In this document: positions 17,969-27,870 of the stretch, piece by piece | Layout: each line of letters opens with the position of its first letter | Numbering within the stretch: position 1 is the first letter of the stretch | Origin: an uncultured delta proteobacterium | Lineage (GTDB): Bacteria; Desulfobacterota; Syntrophorhabdia; Syntrophorhabdales; WCHB1-27 | Assembly (NCBI GenBank): GCA_963810935.1 | Contig: CAWEPK010000017.1 | Span: forward strand, 170,484 to 234,483 | Direction: 5' to 3' | Length of the DNA: 64,000 nucleotides | Notes under the pieces: generated by a model | Database searches by the model: none | What the model was told of the DNA's origin: nothing | Seen by the model: only the letters and a program-made list of their open reading frames with translations | Translations under genes and position numbers: made by a program

Positions 17969-19172
17969 CTATATGATCGGCGGAAAGACCCCGGTCGGGT
18001 CAAGCTGCTCCTTGACAGGCCGCAGCACTAGCTGCTCGATGGTGCCGTTCACTCTCGGCCCCCACTTCGCAAGCAGCGTCCGGTTGAGATTCAAGGGGAG
18101 CTGCGAAGCCGTTTGCAGCCAGGCTCTTTGCCCCTTCGATGATCCGCTCGTCCGCCCCGTACACCAAGACTACGCCGTTCCCCGCAAAGAGTACGGTCTT
18201 CGCAGACCCTGCAAGCGCGGTCAGGCCGGCCAGCACGCGGGGCCCTTCCGAAATAGGCACCGTGACCTTTATCGCCATGGCCTCTCCCTGGGGCTCGATT
18301 GCAGCCCGGATCGCCTGCCGCATGGCCTCCCGGCCCATCTTCGCGTCCCCTTTGCCGCCGAAGTTGCCCGCCAACACCATAAGGTCCTTGTTCTCGCGCT
18401 CTACTGCGAGCGGATGGCCTTCGAATGCCGCCAGGACTTTGAAGCCGCTTTTTGCAGGCTCGACAGTCACAGCCGTGGGGACAAGCACCGACGACCGCAG
18501 CGCCTGGAGGAACTTCTCAAGCTCACTTAAGCCCGGGATTGCGACCTCACAGACCGAAGAGGCCTCGGGCAGCGGAAAGATGCGCATGACGGCAGCCGTG
18601 ATGAGAGCGAGGCTGCCCGCCGAGCCAATGAGGAACTTCGTCATGTCGTATCCGGAGACGTTCTTGACCGTCTTGCCTCCGAAAGCTACTAAGGCCCCCT
18701 TCGCGTCGATGCCCCGCACGCCCAGGGCCTGGTCGCGCACGGTGCCGTAACGGAGACGGCACGGGCCGCTCCCGTTCGCGGCAAAGACGCCTCCCATGGT
18801 AGCCCTGTTCGAGAACGGCGGATCGAGCGGAAGGAAGAAGCCCTTACCCTTGCCCGCCAGGACATCGTTGACGCTGTCTATCGTCGTTCCCGCGAGGACC
18901 ACCATGTTAAGGTTGGATATGTCCAATTCGTTGATGCCCGACATCCCCGTCATATCAAGTAAGATATCGACCCGCTCGGGCAGTGTGCCGGCCGATGGTG
19001 TGGTTGCGGCGCCCATAGGCAGTACGGTCAGCTTTTCCTTGAAGGCCCCGGCGAGTACCTGCTGCGCCTCGCTCTCCTTCGTAGGCCGCTCCACGTGCTT
19101 CGCGGCAACTCCAAGGGACTCTACGGTCCGAAGGGGCGCGCCGTCATTGCTACCTGTCTGCTTGTCCATCAC
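17969..19172 (-). CDS. glcE: Glycolate oxidase FAD-binding subunit (GlcE-like), with an apparent frameshift near 18096
   Basis: LDPP...ATMGG..A.N.SGP.R.RYG..RD, GGKTVKNVSGYD and GSAGSL motifs. Deleting one C of the CCCC run (18095-18098) restores the family C-terminus ...VKEQLDPTGVFPPII* ending at 17969, just before the glcF RBS. Confidence 0.8.
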
Positions 19173-20560
19173 GCCCTCGCCTCCTCTTTAGGTATGACCT
19201 TCCCAGGATTGCAGAGCGCCTTGGGGTCGATACCCTGCTTGACGCCGCGCATCATCCTGACATCGCCTTCCTTGAACACGAAAAACATCTCGCGGAGCTT
19301 CTCCGTACCGATGCCGTGCTCGCCGCTGATCGTGCCGCCTAAATCGGCGCAGACCTGCAATATCTCGCTTCCCGCCTTGTGCACGCGGGCAAGCTCGTCC
19401 GGGTCGCGGTCATCGAACATGATGAGGGGGTGGAGGTTGCCGTCTCCCGCGTGGAAGACGTTGCCGATGGGCACGTTGTATTTCTTGCTTATCCTCTTGA
19501 CCTCCGACAGCGCTTTAGGCAGCTCCGTGCGGGGCACGGTGCCGTCGCAGACGAGGTAGGCCGGCCTTACCCTGGCGACCGCGCCGAACGCGCCCCTGCG
19601 CCCTGCCCAGAGGATATTGCGCTCGTTCGCGTCCTTCGCCAGCCTGTGGCTCGTCGCCCCGTCCTTCTCGCAGACCTCGCTGATCCGCTTCGCCTGCTCG
19701 TCCATGCCGTCGGTGAGGCCGTCGAGCTCGATAAGGAGGACCGCTTCGGCGTCGAGGGGATAGCCCGCGTGCACCGAATCCTCGACCGCCCTTATGACGG
19801 CGTTGTCCATGATCTCGAGCGTTGCGGGGATGATGCCCTCCGCTATGATGTCGGAAACAGTCTGTCCCGCCGCCTCGACGGAGTTATAGATGGCAAGCAT
19901 CGTGACGACCCGCTCGGGGCTTTTCATGATGCGGCAGATAATTTTCGTGACGATCCCTAGCGTGCCTTCCGCGCCGACGAGAAGTCCCATCAGGTCGGGA
20001 CCGGGCGCGTCGAGCGCCTTGCCGCCTATCCAGGTCACTTCCCCGTTCGGAAGCACGACCTCGGCGCCGAGCACGTGGTTGCTGGTCACGCCGTATTTAA
20101 GGCAATGGGGGCCCCCCGCGTTCTCGCCGAGGTTGCCCCCCATCGAGGCAGCCTTCTGGCTGGCGGGGTCCGGCGCGTAGTAGTAGCCCTTTTCTGCGAG
20201 GGCGGACTGGACCGTAAGATTATAGATACCCGGCTCCACCGTGATCCTCTCGTTTTCGAGGTCGATCTCCAGGATGTGGTTCATGCGCGCGAACTCTATG
20301 ACGACGCCGCCGTCCATGGGTACCGTGCCCCCGGTAAGGTTCGTACCGGAGCCTCGCGCAACGTAGCTCATCCCTTCCTTGTAAAGGAGCTTGACGATCT
20401 GCGCAACCTGGTCGACGTTGTCGACGAAGGCGACCATGCCCGCCCTCCCCTTGACCAGCCCTGCGTCGTAGCTGTAGACCGTCAGGTCGACGTCTTTCCA
20501 GAGGACGTTGTCTTTCCCCACGATGCGCTGCAGGGCGTCACGGACTTGCTCTTTCTCCAT
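19169..20560 (-). CDS. glcD: Glycolate oxidase FAD-binding subunit GlcD
   Basis: RGSGTNLTGG, APDPASQ, ENAGGPHCLKYGVT, FHAGDGNLHP, GEHGIG and NPGK motifs. Confidence 0.9.
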   Translation of the reverse strand: MEKEQVRDALQRIVGKDNVLWKDVDLTVYSYDAGLVKGRAGMVAFVDNVDQVAQIVKLLYKEGMSYVARGSGTNLTGGTVPMDGGVVIEFARMNHILEIDLENERITVEPGIYNLTVQSALAEKGYYYAPDPASQKAASMGGNLGENAGGPHCLKYGVTSNHVLGAEVVLPNGEVTWIGGKALDAPGPDLMGLLVGAEGTLGIVTKIICRIMKSPERVVTMLAIYNSVEAAGQTVSDIIAEGIIPATLEIMDNAVIRAVEDSVHAGYPLDAEAVLLIELDGLTDGMDEQAKRISEVCEKDGATSHRLAKDANERNILWAGRRGAFGAVARVRPAYLVCDGTVPRTELPKALSEVKRISKKYNVPIGNVFHAGDGNLHPLIMFDDRDPDELARVHKAGSEILQVCADLGGTISGEHGIGTEKLREMFFVFKEGDVRMMRGVKQGIDPKALCNPGKVIPKEEARA

Positions 20561-20598
20561 AAATACCTCCCGTCTTTAGAGCATCCTCTTTCTATTCC

Positions 20599-23500
20599 CT
20601 AGCCCTTCGGGGACCAGGCAGCCAGATGCTTCAAGTACTTCCATCTTCTCGTGACCGCTTCTTCCGCTTGCTTCAGCAACTCAGCCGCCACCTGCGGATT
20701 GCTCCTTTTGAGCGACTTGAACCGGTTTTCCCTGTATAGAAACTCGGCATAGGGTATGCTCGGGTCCTGACAATCGAGGGTAACCGGGTTTTTGCCCTCA
20801 TCCTCGAGCATCGGGTTATAACGGAAGAGCGGCCAGTGGCCCGAGGCCACCGCCTTCTTTTGCTCCTCCAACCCGAGCGACATGTCATCGATGCCCTGGC
20901 CGATGCAGTGCGAGTACGCGACGATCAATGAAGGCCCGTTGAAGGCCTCCGCCTCCTGGAAGGCCCTTACCGTCTGCGCCGGGTTTGCGGCGAACGCGAC
21001 GTGGGCCACGTAGACGTGCCCGTACGGTATCATCATCGAGGCGATATTCTTCTTGGGCATATGCTTCCCGGCCGCCGCGAACTGCGCTACGGCGCCGAGC
21101 GGCGTCGATTTCGACATTTGCCCGCCCGTATTGGAGTAAACTTCCGTATCGAGGATCAACAAATTGACGTTCTGGCCGGAGGCCATGACCTGATCGACCC
21201 CGCCGTAGCCGATATCGTATCCCCATCCGTCGCCGCCCAGGCCGAACACCGCCTTTTTTACGAGGTAATCGGCGAAGGAGGCGAGGTCGACCGCATCGGC
21301 CGACTTATCGGCGGCGAGCAGCTTCTTCAGCTCCTCCACACGGGCGCGCTGCTGCTCGATGCCGCCCTGGTTGGACTGATCGGCGCTCACGAGCGCCTCG
21401 AACAGTACAGCAGCCCCTGCGTACTTCTCCTGTTTGGAGAGGCGCTCAACGATCTCGCGGGCCTGCGCGTTGAACTTATCCACCGTCTGCCTCATGCCGA
21501 AGGCAAACTCCGCCGCATCCTCGAACAGGGAGTTGGACCAGGCAGGGCCCCTCCCGTCAGCCCGCTTCGCATACGGCGTAGTCGGCAGGTTGCCTCCATA
21601 AATGGAGGAGCAGCCCGTAGCGTTGCCGACGAGGAGCCTGTCGCCGAAAAGCTGCGTGAGGAGCTTCACGTAAGGCGTCTCGCCGCAGCCCGCGCACGCG
21701 CCGCTATATTCGAAAAGCGGCCTCACGAACTGGCTCCCCTTTACGCTCATGCGGTTGTATCTGGCAGGGTCCGTGTCCGGCAGGTCGAGGAAGAACGCGT
21801 AGTTCTCCGCCTCCTGGCTGCGAAGCGGCTCCTGTAGGTGCATGTTGATGGCCTTTTCGCCGGTCTTGTTCCCTTCCGCGTCTTTTTTCTGCGCAGGGCA
21901 CATATTGACGCAGAGCTTGCAGCCCGTGCAGTCTTCCGGTGCGACCTGCACGGTGAACTTAAGGCCTTTAAGCTCCTTGGCGCCCTTCGCATCGGCCGAC
22001 TTGAACGTCCCCGGCGCGCCTTTAAGCAACTCCGGCTCGTAAGCCTTGATCCTGATCGAGGCGTGGGGACAAACGAAGGAGCACGAGCCGCACTGGATGC
22101 AGACATCCGGCTCCCAGACAGGGATGTGCACCGCTATGTTCCGTTTCTCGTACTGGGTAGTCGCGGTAGGCCACGTGCCGTCGTCAGGCATCGCCGAGAC
22201 CGGCAGCGAATCGCCCTTCCCTTCTATCATGACCGCTGTGACGTCCTTGACGAACGCCGGCGCGTAATCGGGGACCGGCGGGCGCATGTCCAGGCTTGAC
22301 GTGGCTTTCGCAGGTATCGGCACCTCAACCAGGTTTTGGAGGGCCGTATCGACTGCGGCGTAGTTCATTCGCAGGACCTCATCGCCCTTCTTGCCGTATG
22401 TCTTCAGTATTTCCTTCTTGATCGCCTTGACCGCCTCGTCCTTCCCGACGATGCCCGATATGACGAAGAAGGCCGTCTGCATGATCATGTTTATGCGGGC
22501 GCCCAGGCCGATTTCCTCGGCCAGAGAGATGGCGTCGATGATATAGAGGCGCATCTTCTTGGCTATAAGCTGTTTCTGGACGGCTGCGGGCAGGGCATCC
22601 CACACCTCGTCCTTGCCTTTAGCCGTCGTGAGCAGGAAGACGGCGCCTTCTTCCGCCTGGGCGAGCATGTCGTATTTTTCGAGGAACGTCTCGTTGTGGC
22701 AGGCAACGAAGTTCGCGTCCGACAGCAAATACGGGCTGCGTATCGCGTCCTTGCCGAACCGCAGGTGCGAGACCGTCATCGAGCCCGATTTCTTCGAATC
22801 GTAAGCGAAGTAGCCCTGCGCGTAATTCTCCGTCTCTCCGCCGATGATCTTGATCGTGTTCTTGTTGGCCCCGACCGTACCGTCCGCCCCGAGGCCGTAA
22901 AAGAGGGCGCGGAACGCCTTGTCGTGCAGCCTGAACGATTCGTCTACCGGCAGGCTCGCGCCGGTCACGTCATCGTTGATGCCTACCGTGAAATGGTTCT
23001 TCGGGGCAGCGGAAGAGAGGTTGTCGAAAACCGCCTTCACCATGGCAGGGGTGAAATCTTTGGAGCCGAGACCATAGCGGCCGCCTACGACCTTAGGATA
23101 GGAGCCCCAGTGCGCGAGGCCCGTATCATGCGCCTCGCCGAGCGCTGCCCGCACGTCGAGATAGAGCGGCTCGCCGATTGCGCCGGGCTCCTTCGTGCGG
23201 TCGAGGACCGCGATCGATTTGACCGTCGAAGGCAGCGCCTTTGCAAAAGCCTCTACGTCGAACGGCCTGTAAAGAACGACCTGGAGAAGGCCTACCTTCT
23301 CGCCCGTGGCGTTGAGGGCATCGATCGTGGAGAGGACCGTTTCTCCGCCCGATGCCATGACGACGACGACACGCTCGGCGTCGGCCGGACCGAAGTAGTC
23401 GAAAAGCTTGTACCTGCGTCCCGTAAGACCGGCGAACTTCTCCATCGCCTTCTCTAATATGGCCGGGATCGCCAGGTAGTACTTGTTCACTGTCTCCCTT

Positions 23501-24183
23501 CCCTGAAAGTAAACATCGGGGTTCTGGGAGGTGCCGCGGATCATGGGACGGTCAGGGGTGAGACCCCTCTTCCGGTGGGCCATGATGAGCCCGTTGTCGA
23601 TCATCGCCCGCATGTCGTCGAAGCTAAGCTCTTCGATCTTCTGGATCTCGTGAGACGTCCTGAAGCCGTCGAAAAAGTGGAGGAAAGGCACCCTCGCCTC
23701 GAAGGTGGCTGCCTGGGCGATAAGGGCAAAATCCATTGCCTCCTGTACGTTTTTCGACGCGAGCATCGCAAACCCGGTCTGGCGGACGGCCATTACGTCG
23801 CCGTGGTCCCCGAAGATGGAAAGCGCCTGTGCGGCCAGCGCCCTCGCGGTAACGTGAAAAACCGTGGGTATCAGCTCGCCGGCAATCTTATACATGTTCG
23901 GGATGAAGAGAAGCAGCCCCTGTGAAGCGGTAATGGTGCTCGTCACGGCGCCTGTGGTCAGCGACCCATGGACGGCCCCTGCTGCCCCTGCTTCCGACTG
24001 CATCTGCCCTATCATCGGCACGGAGCCCCAGATGTTCTTCTGTCCCGCGGCCGATTTGGCGTCGCAAATCTCCGCTATGGGCGAAGAAGGCGTTATAGGG
24101 TAGATAGTGATGATCTCATTTGTCGCATGGACAACGTGCGCGCATGCCGTACATCCGTCGACCGTTACCATTTTTCTGCTCAC
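20599..24183 (-). CDS. nifJ: Pyruvate:ferredoxin (flavodoxin) oxidoreductase, single-chain type
   Basis: YPITPSS, QSEAGAAG, DGFRTSHE, GRYGLGSKDF, two ferredoxin motifs, GACAGCGETPY, GGDGW.YDIG and VYSNTGGQ; 1194 aa. Confidence 0.96.
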   Translation of the reverse strand: MSRKMVTVDGCTACAHVVHATNEIITIYPITPSSPIAEICDAKSAAGQKNIWGSVPMIGQMQSEAGAAGAVHGSLTTGAVTSTITASQGLLLFIPNMYKIAGELIPTVFHVTARALAAQALSIFGDHGDVMAVRQTGFAMLASKNVQEAMDFALIAQAATFEARVPFLHFFDGFRTSHEIQKIEELSFDDMRAMIDNGLIMAHRKRGLTPDRPMIRGTSQNPDVYFQGRETVNKYYLAIPAILEKAMEKFAGLTGRRYKLFDYFGPADAERVVVVMASGGETVLSTIDALNATGEKVGLLQVVLYRPFDVEAFAKALPSTVKSIAVLDRTKEPGAIGEPLYLDVRAALGEAHDTGLAHWGSYPKVVGGRYGLGSKDFTPAMVKAVFDNLSSAAPKNHFTVGINDDVTGASLPVDESFRLHDKAFRALFYGLGADGTVGANKNTIKIIGGETENYAQGYFAYDSKKSGSMTVSHLRFGKDAIRSPYLLSDANFVACHNETFLEKYDMLAQAEEGAVFLLTTAKGKDEVWDALPAAVQKQLIAKKMRLYIIDAISLAEEIGLGARINMIMQTAFFVISGIVGKDEAVKAIKKEILKTYGKKGDEVLRMNYAAVDTALQNLVEVPIPAKATSSLDMRPPVPDYAPAFVKDVTAVMIEGKGDSLPVSAMPDDGTWPTATTQYEKRNIAVHIPVWEPDVCIQCGSCSFVCPHASIRIKAYEPELLKGAPGTFKSADAKGAKELKGLKFTVQVAPEDCTGCKLCVNMCPAQKKDAEGNKTGEKAINMHLQEPLRSQEAENYAFFLDLPDTDPARYNRMSVKGSQFVRPLFEYSGACAGCGETPYVKLLTQLFGDRLLVGNATGCSSIYGGNLPTTPYAKRADGRGPAWSNSLFEDAAEFAFGMRQTVDKFNAQAREIVERLSKQEKYAGAAVLFEALVSADQSNQGGIEQQRARVEELKKLLAADKSADAVDLASFADYLVKKAVFGLGGDGWGYDIGYGGVDQVMASGQNVNLLILDTEVYSNTGGQMSKSTPLGAVAQFAAAGKHMPKKNIASMMIPYGHVYVAHVAFAANPAQTVRAFQEAEAFNGPSLIVAYSHCIGQGIDDMSLGLEEQKKAVASGHWPLFRYNPMLEDEGKNPVTLDCQDPSIPYAEFLYRENRFKSLKRSNPQVAAELLKQAEEAVTRRWKYLKHLAAWSPKG

Positions 24184-24275
24184 GGGTCCTTTCCTCCTGA
24201 TACTGAAGTTTCAAAACAGACGGTGGGGTGCTCTCCCGAAAGAGGCGTACCCCACCGCTCTTTCGTCATATAGTT

Positions 24276-25172
24276 CTACTTGCCTTTGCGCGCCTTGTCA
24301 AAGGCTTCTATCTCGGCAAGGGTCAAAAGAATAGTCCTTGCGTTGTCGTAAACCGGCGTATCGACCATCTTGCCCTTATAGGAGACGGCCGCCTTACCCT
24401 TGGCGAGGCCCTCTTCCTCGAAGGTCTTGACTACGCCGCGCGCCCACTCCACGTCGTCGGGCGCCGGGGCATAGAGCCTGTTGGAGGGCTCGATCTGGCT
24501 CGGATGGATGAGCATCCTGCCCTCATAGCCCATCTGCCTGCCCTGCTGGACGCTCTTCTCGAAGCCTACCGTATCCTGGAATGCTACATACGGGCAGTCG
24601 ATGGCGATCTTGCCGGCCGCCCTCGCTGCGCATGCGATATGGAAACGGGCATAAAGCTGCTCGTCGCCTTCGCTCGTGATCTTTACCCGCATATCCTTCG
24701 TATAGTCGACTGCGCCGAAGATGAGGGAGTTGACCCTGGGTGACGCCATGGCCGAATAATACGCGTTGATGGCGCCTTTCGCCGTCTCGCAGAGAAGCTG
24801 GATGGCGACGGTGCCGACGGGGATGCCGCGCCGTCTTTCGAGCTCTTCGAGCTTCCAGTCGAGGCGTTTCACGTCGTCCGGGTGGCCGGCCTTCGCGAGG
24901 CAGACGCCTGAGAGGCCCGGGTGGACGATGGCTTCGAGGTCATCGTTGGTCATCAGGGTTTCCCAGTTGTTGATGCGAGAATAGACCACCGAGCCGCCCG
25001 ATCCGGCCAGCTTCAAGTTTTGCCGGACCAGCTCACGCGCTTTTTCCTTCTCGGCCGGGGGGACGGAATCCTCGAGGTCGAGGGTAACGATGTCAGCCGG
25101 CAGCGAAGGCGCTTTGTCGATAAAGCTCTGGTTGTTTCCCGGAACGTAAAACACCGATCTCATTACAGGCAT
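24276..25172 (-). CDS. CitE/malyl-CoA lyase family CoA-ester lyase
   Basis: RSVFYVPG, LDLEDSV, RIN, ETAKG, FGAVDY, IHPSQI and GKMVD.P motifs. Confidence 0.88.
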   Translation of the reverse strand: MPVMRSVFYVPGNNQSFIDKAPSLPADIVTLDLEDSVPPAEKEKARELVRQNLKLAGSGGSVVYSRINNWETLMTNDDLEAIVHPGLSGVCLAKAGHPDDVKRLDWKLEELERRRGIPVGTVAIQLLCETAKGAINAYYSAMASPRVNSLIFGAVDYTKDMRVKITSEGDEQLYARFHIACAARAAGKIAIDCPYVAFQDTVGFEKSVQQGRQMGYEGRMLIHPSQIEPSNRLYAPAPDDVEWARGVVKTFEEEGLAKGKAAVSYKGKMVDTPVYDNARTILLTLAEIEAFDKARKGK

Positions 25173-25183
25173 GTCGTACCTCC

Positions 25184-26083
25184 TTAGTGGTTTTCGATTA
25201 ACCGTTTAATCGTGGGCGCCAGCTCGTCGGGCCGGTCGACCACGTGCACTCCCGCTTCCTTGAGTGACTCCACCTTGCTCTTCGCGGAGCCTTTACCCCT
25301 TTCGATGATGCTGCTCGCGTGGGAGAAACGCATCCCTTCCGGCGCCCATGCGCCCGCCACGAAGATTACGAGGGGCTTGGTGAACTGGCCCTTCCGGACG
25401 CAGTCGGCAGCCTCTTCCTCATGGGGCCCGCCTATCTCGCCGAAGACGGCCACGCCCTTCGTTTCGGCGTCCTTCTCGAAAAGGGGCAGTATCTCCCCCA
25501 TCGATATGCCGGTCACGGGCTCGGTGCCTACGTGGACGACCGTGCTCATGCCGAGGCCGGCGCAGTTAAGCGCCCACGGCACCGTCGCCGACTGGCCGCC
25601 GCTTCTCGAAATAACGCCGACCGGGCCGGGTATGAAGACTTTCCGCGCAAAATCCGGGGTCCCGCCCAGCCAGCCTGCCGCCGCTATGCCCGGGCTGATG
25701 ATGCCTATGGAGCCGGGGCCTAAGATGCGGGCGCCGTTCAGCTTCGCGTAGGCCACCATCTCCATAATGTCGTACAGGGGGACGCGCTCGACGGGGCTGA
25801 CAATAAACTTGATCCCCGAATCGATCGCCTCGTAGACTGCGTCCTTGAGGCCGGGGCCGGGTACGAAGGTGACGCTCGCGGCGATAGGGCCTTTGGCACG
25901 GACCGCCTCCGCCACCGTGTTATAGACCGGAATGCCGGAGACTTCCTCGCCTCCCCTGCCGGGTGTTACCCCTGCCAGGACTTTCGTCCCATATCCCTTC
26001 ATGAAAGCGGCGCGGGCAGACCCCTCTCGACCGGTGATCCCTTGCACCACAATCGTCGTATCTTTCGTCAAAAGAATTGCCAT
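25184..26083 (-). CDS. ADP-forming acyl-CoA synthetase alpha subunit (SucD/MtkB-like, divergent)
   Basis: VQGITGREG, GVTPGRGG, SRSGG and GEIGG motifs; phospho-His loop GMRFSHASSI. Confidence 0.85.
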   Translation of the reverse strand: MAILLTKDTTIVVQGITGREGSARAAFMKGYGTKVLAGVTPGRGGEEVSGIPVYNTVAEAVRAKGPIAASVTFVPGPGLKDAVYEAIDSGIKFIVSPVERVPLYDIMEMVAYAKLNGARILGPGSIGIISPGIAAAGWLGGTPDFARKVFIPGPVGVISRSGGQSATVPWALNCAGLGMSTVVHVGTEPVTGISMGEILPLFEKDAETKGVAVFGEIGGPHEEEAADCVRKGQFTKPLVIFVAGAWAPEGMRFSHASSIIERGKGSAKSKVESLKEAGVHVVDRPDELAPTIKRLIENH

Positions 26084-26101
26084 ATGCTCACCGCCTTTTC
26101 G

Positions 26102-26386
26102 TTATGCTATTCCGCGTTTCTTCTTGTACTCTTCCAGGCCGGGGATCGGCGCCTCTATGTTAATGGCGCTGTTGCCCCGGAACCAACACTCATACTCGCA
26201 CGCAAGGCACTCGGTGCCGCGGAGCTTCGCGAATTCCGCGTCGCCCCCAAGGGCCGGCTTGCCGTCCTTCAACACCAGGATGCCCCTTGCGAATTTCTTG
26301 CACGCGTCAACGCATGCGTGCGTCTTGCACCCAAGGCACTTCTCGTCATCTATAATGACCTTGATGGTCCTCTCGTCGAACTCCAT
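26102..26386 (-). CDS. Small ferredoxin-like Fe-S protein
   Basis: CLGCKTHACVDAC and GTECLACEYEC Cys clusters; AGGAGG RBS overlapping the end of the upstream gene. Confidence 0.75.
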   Translation of the reverse strand: MEFDERTIKVIIDDEKCLGCKTHACVDACKKFARGILVLKDGKPALGGDAEFAKLRGTECLACEYECWFRGNSAINIEAPIPGLEEYKKKRGIA

Positions 26387-27649
26387 CTATCCCTCCTTTA
26401 TGCCCCTCTTCGCCCTGTAGTCCATGATCATCGCCTTGAGCCGCGTGGCCAAGAACGTCGTCTCATAAACCTTGTCGCCGCCGTAAATCTCGATGGGCGA
26501 CTTCGCGCTGAGGTCCTTCGTCCCTTCGTGGAGGATCTTCAGCGACTCCTCCTCCTTGTTGCCGCAAAGCAGCAGCAGGCATGGGAAGTCGGGCCTCTTG
26601 GGCAGCTCCTCACGCAGGATCTTCACGATGCCGTGGGCATGGTGCCATTGCTCCTGGTTGGCGTACATGAACCCGCCCAGGAAATAGGCCTCAATGCCGG
26701 GCTGGGCAAAAATGACCTTTGCCGCCCTGTAGACCTTGGAGGCAGGCGGGTTGCCGCTGGTGTCCGCATAGTTTGCGATCTTGAGGCCCTGGCGCGTGAT
26801 GGCGTCTACGCCCAAAATGGCGCCGCCGCCGCCTAAGCCGTGGTAGCCCACGTAGCCGAGCCCCTTGATCTCCGGGACCATCTGGGCAATGTACGCTGTG
26901 CCGCGCAGGTCCCCTTCCTCGATGCCCCATGCGATCTTGTCGAGCTCCGTAGGCGCCGTCGTTGCCTCACGGGCGACTTCGATGCCGAACTCGGGATGGC
27001 GGAAAACGGAGGAATCGTCTATGGCGATGCGGCAGTCGGCCGCCAGTACCTTGCCTTCCTTGGTAAGTACCAGGGGGTTGATCTCGGCGATCCTGCAATG
27101 GTACTTCACGAAGGTCTGGTACAGACCCATGATGGCCTGTCCGACGGCGGGGAGTATCTTGGTCGGCACATTCAGGCCGACAGCGAGGTTGTAAGCATCA
27201 AAAAGCTTGAAGCCCCGCAGGACGTCCACCTTTACCGTCCTGATCTTGTCCTCGGGCACCGATTCGATGTCCATACCGCCTTCCGTGCTGAACATGACGA
27301 CCGGACACCGGGAATCCTTGGACGGGTCGATGATGATGCCGACGTAGTATTCCGTCTCGATGGCCAGCTTTTCCTCGACCAGGACCTTCTCGACCTTCCA
27401 CGACTTCAGCTCCGTGCCCAGAAGGCCCGCTGCAGCGCCTTCCGCATCCTTCGGGCTGTCGGCGAACTTGATGCCGCCCGCCTTGCCCCTGCCGCCGGCC
27501 CACACCTGGGCCTTCACGGCCACGGGCTTGCCGATCGTCCCGGCGATGCGGCCCGCCTCTTCGGCGGACGTAGCGACCTCGCCTTTCGGCGTCGCCACCT
27601 TGGCCTCCCTGAGGATCTGCTTGCCCTGAAATTCATATAACCGAGCCAT
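26387..27649 (-). CDS. ADP-forming acyl-CoA synthetase beta subunit (SucC/MtkA-like, divergent)
   Basis: ATG 27649 follows GGAGGT; LYEFQGK, KAQVWAGGRGKAGGI, GGMDIE and EINPL ATP-grasp motifs. Confidence 0.87.
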   Translation of the reverse strand: MARLYEFQGKQILREAKVATPKGEVATSAEEAGRIAGTIGKPVAVKAQVWAGGRGKAGGIKFADSPKDAEGAAAGLLGTELKSWKVEKVLVEEKLAIETEYYVGIIIDPSKDSRCPVVMFSTEGGMDIESVPEDKIRTVKVDVLRGFKLFDAYNLAVGLNVPTKILPAVGQAIMGLYQTFVKYHCRIAEINPLVLTKEGKVLAADCRIAIDDSSVFRHPEFGIEVAREATTAPTELDKIAWGIEEGDLRGTAYIAQMVPEIKGLGYVGYHGLGGGGAILGVDAITRQGLKIANYADTSGNPPASKVYRAAKVIFAQPGIEAYFLGGFMYANQEQWHHAHGIVKILREELPKRPDFPCLLLLCGNKEEESLKILHEGTKDLSAKSPIEIYGGDKVYETTFLATRLKAMIMDYRAKRGIKEG

Positions 27650-27757
27650 TATCACCTCCTGAATGGTGTCACACGTCTTTATGAGAACGCAGGACGGACC
27701 GACACGGCCCCGAAACGCCGGCCAAATCATCGGTCCCGAAACATCTCGCTAATGTTA

Positions 27758-27860
27758 TTGTATAAGTATACCAAACCATAGGGGGGGCCTGTCAAGCACA
27801 ATCTCTACAGCCTTTTGTTAATTTAATATTGACATAAAGTTGTAAGGTTGTTATATAAAT
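27758..27860. promoter_or_regulatory. Divergent sigma70 promoters with candidate FadR/GntR operators
   Basis: Plus strand: TTGACA 27829-27834, 17 nt, TATATA 27852-27857 with an upstream TG. Minus strand: TTGACA 27795-27790 and extended -10 TG-G-TATACT (27770-27765). Quasi-palindrome TTGTATAAGTATACCAA. Confidence 0.6.
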
Positions 27861-27870
27861 TAGGCACAAC

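Noticed and set aside
24221..24257. Hairpin CGGTGGGGT...ACCCCACCG between the lyase and PFOR genes as a novel RNA
   Set aside because: A short imperfect intergenic stem, adequately explained as a processing, stability or partial termination signal.
25184..27649. Calling these genes the housekeeping sucCD
   Set aside because: Substrate-side motifs diverge and the context is a CoA-lyase/glycolate operon, so no gene symbol was assigned.
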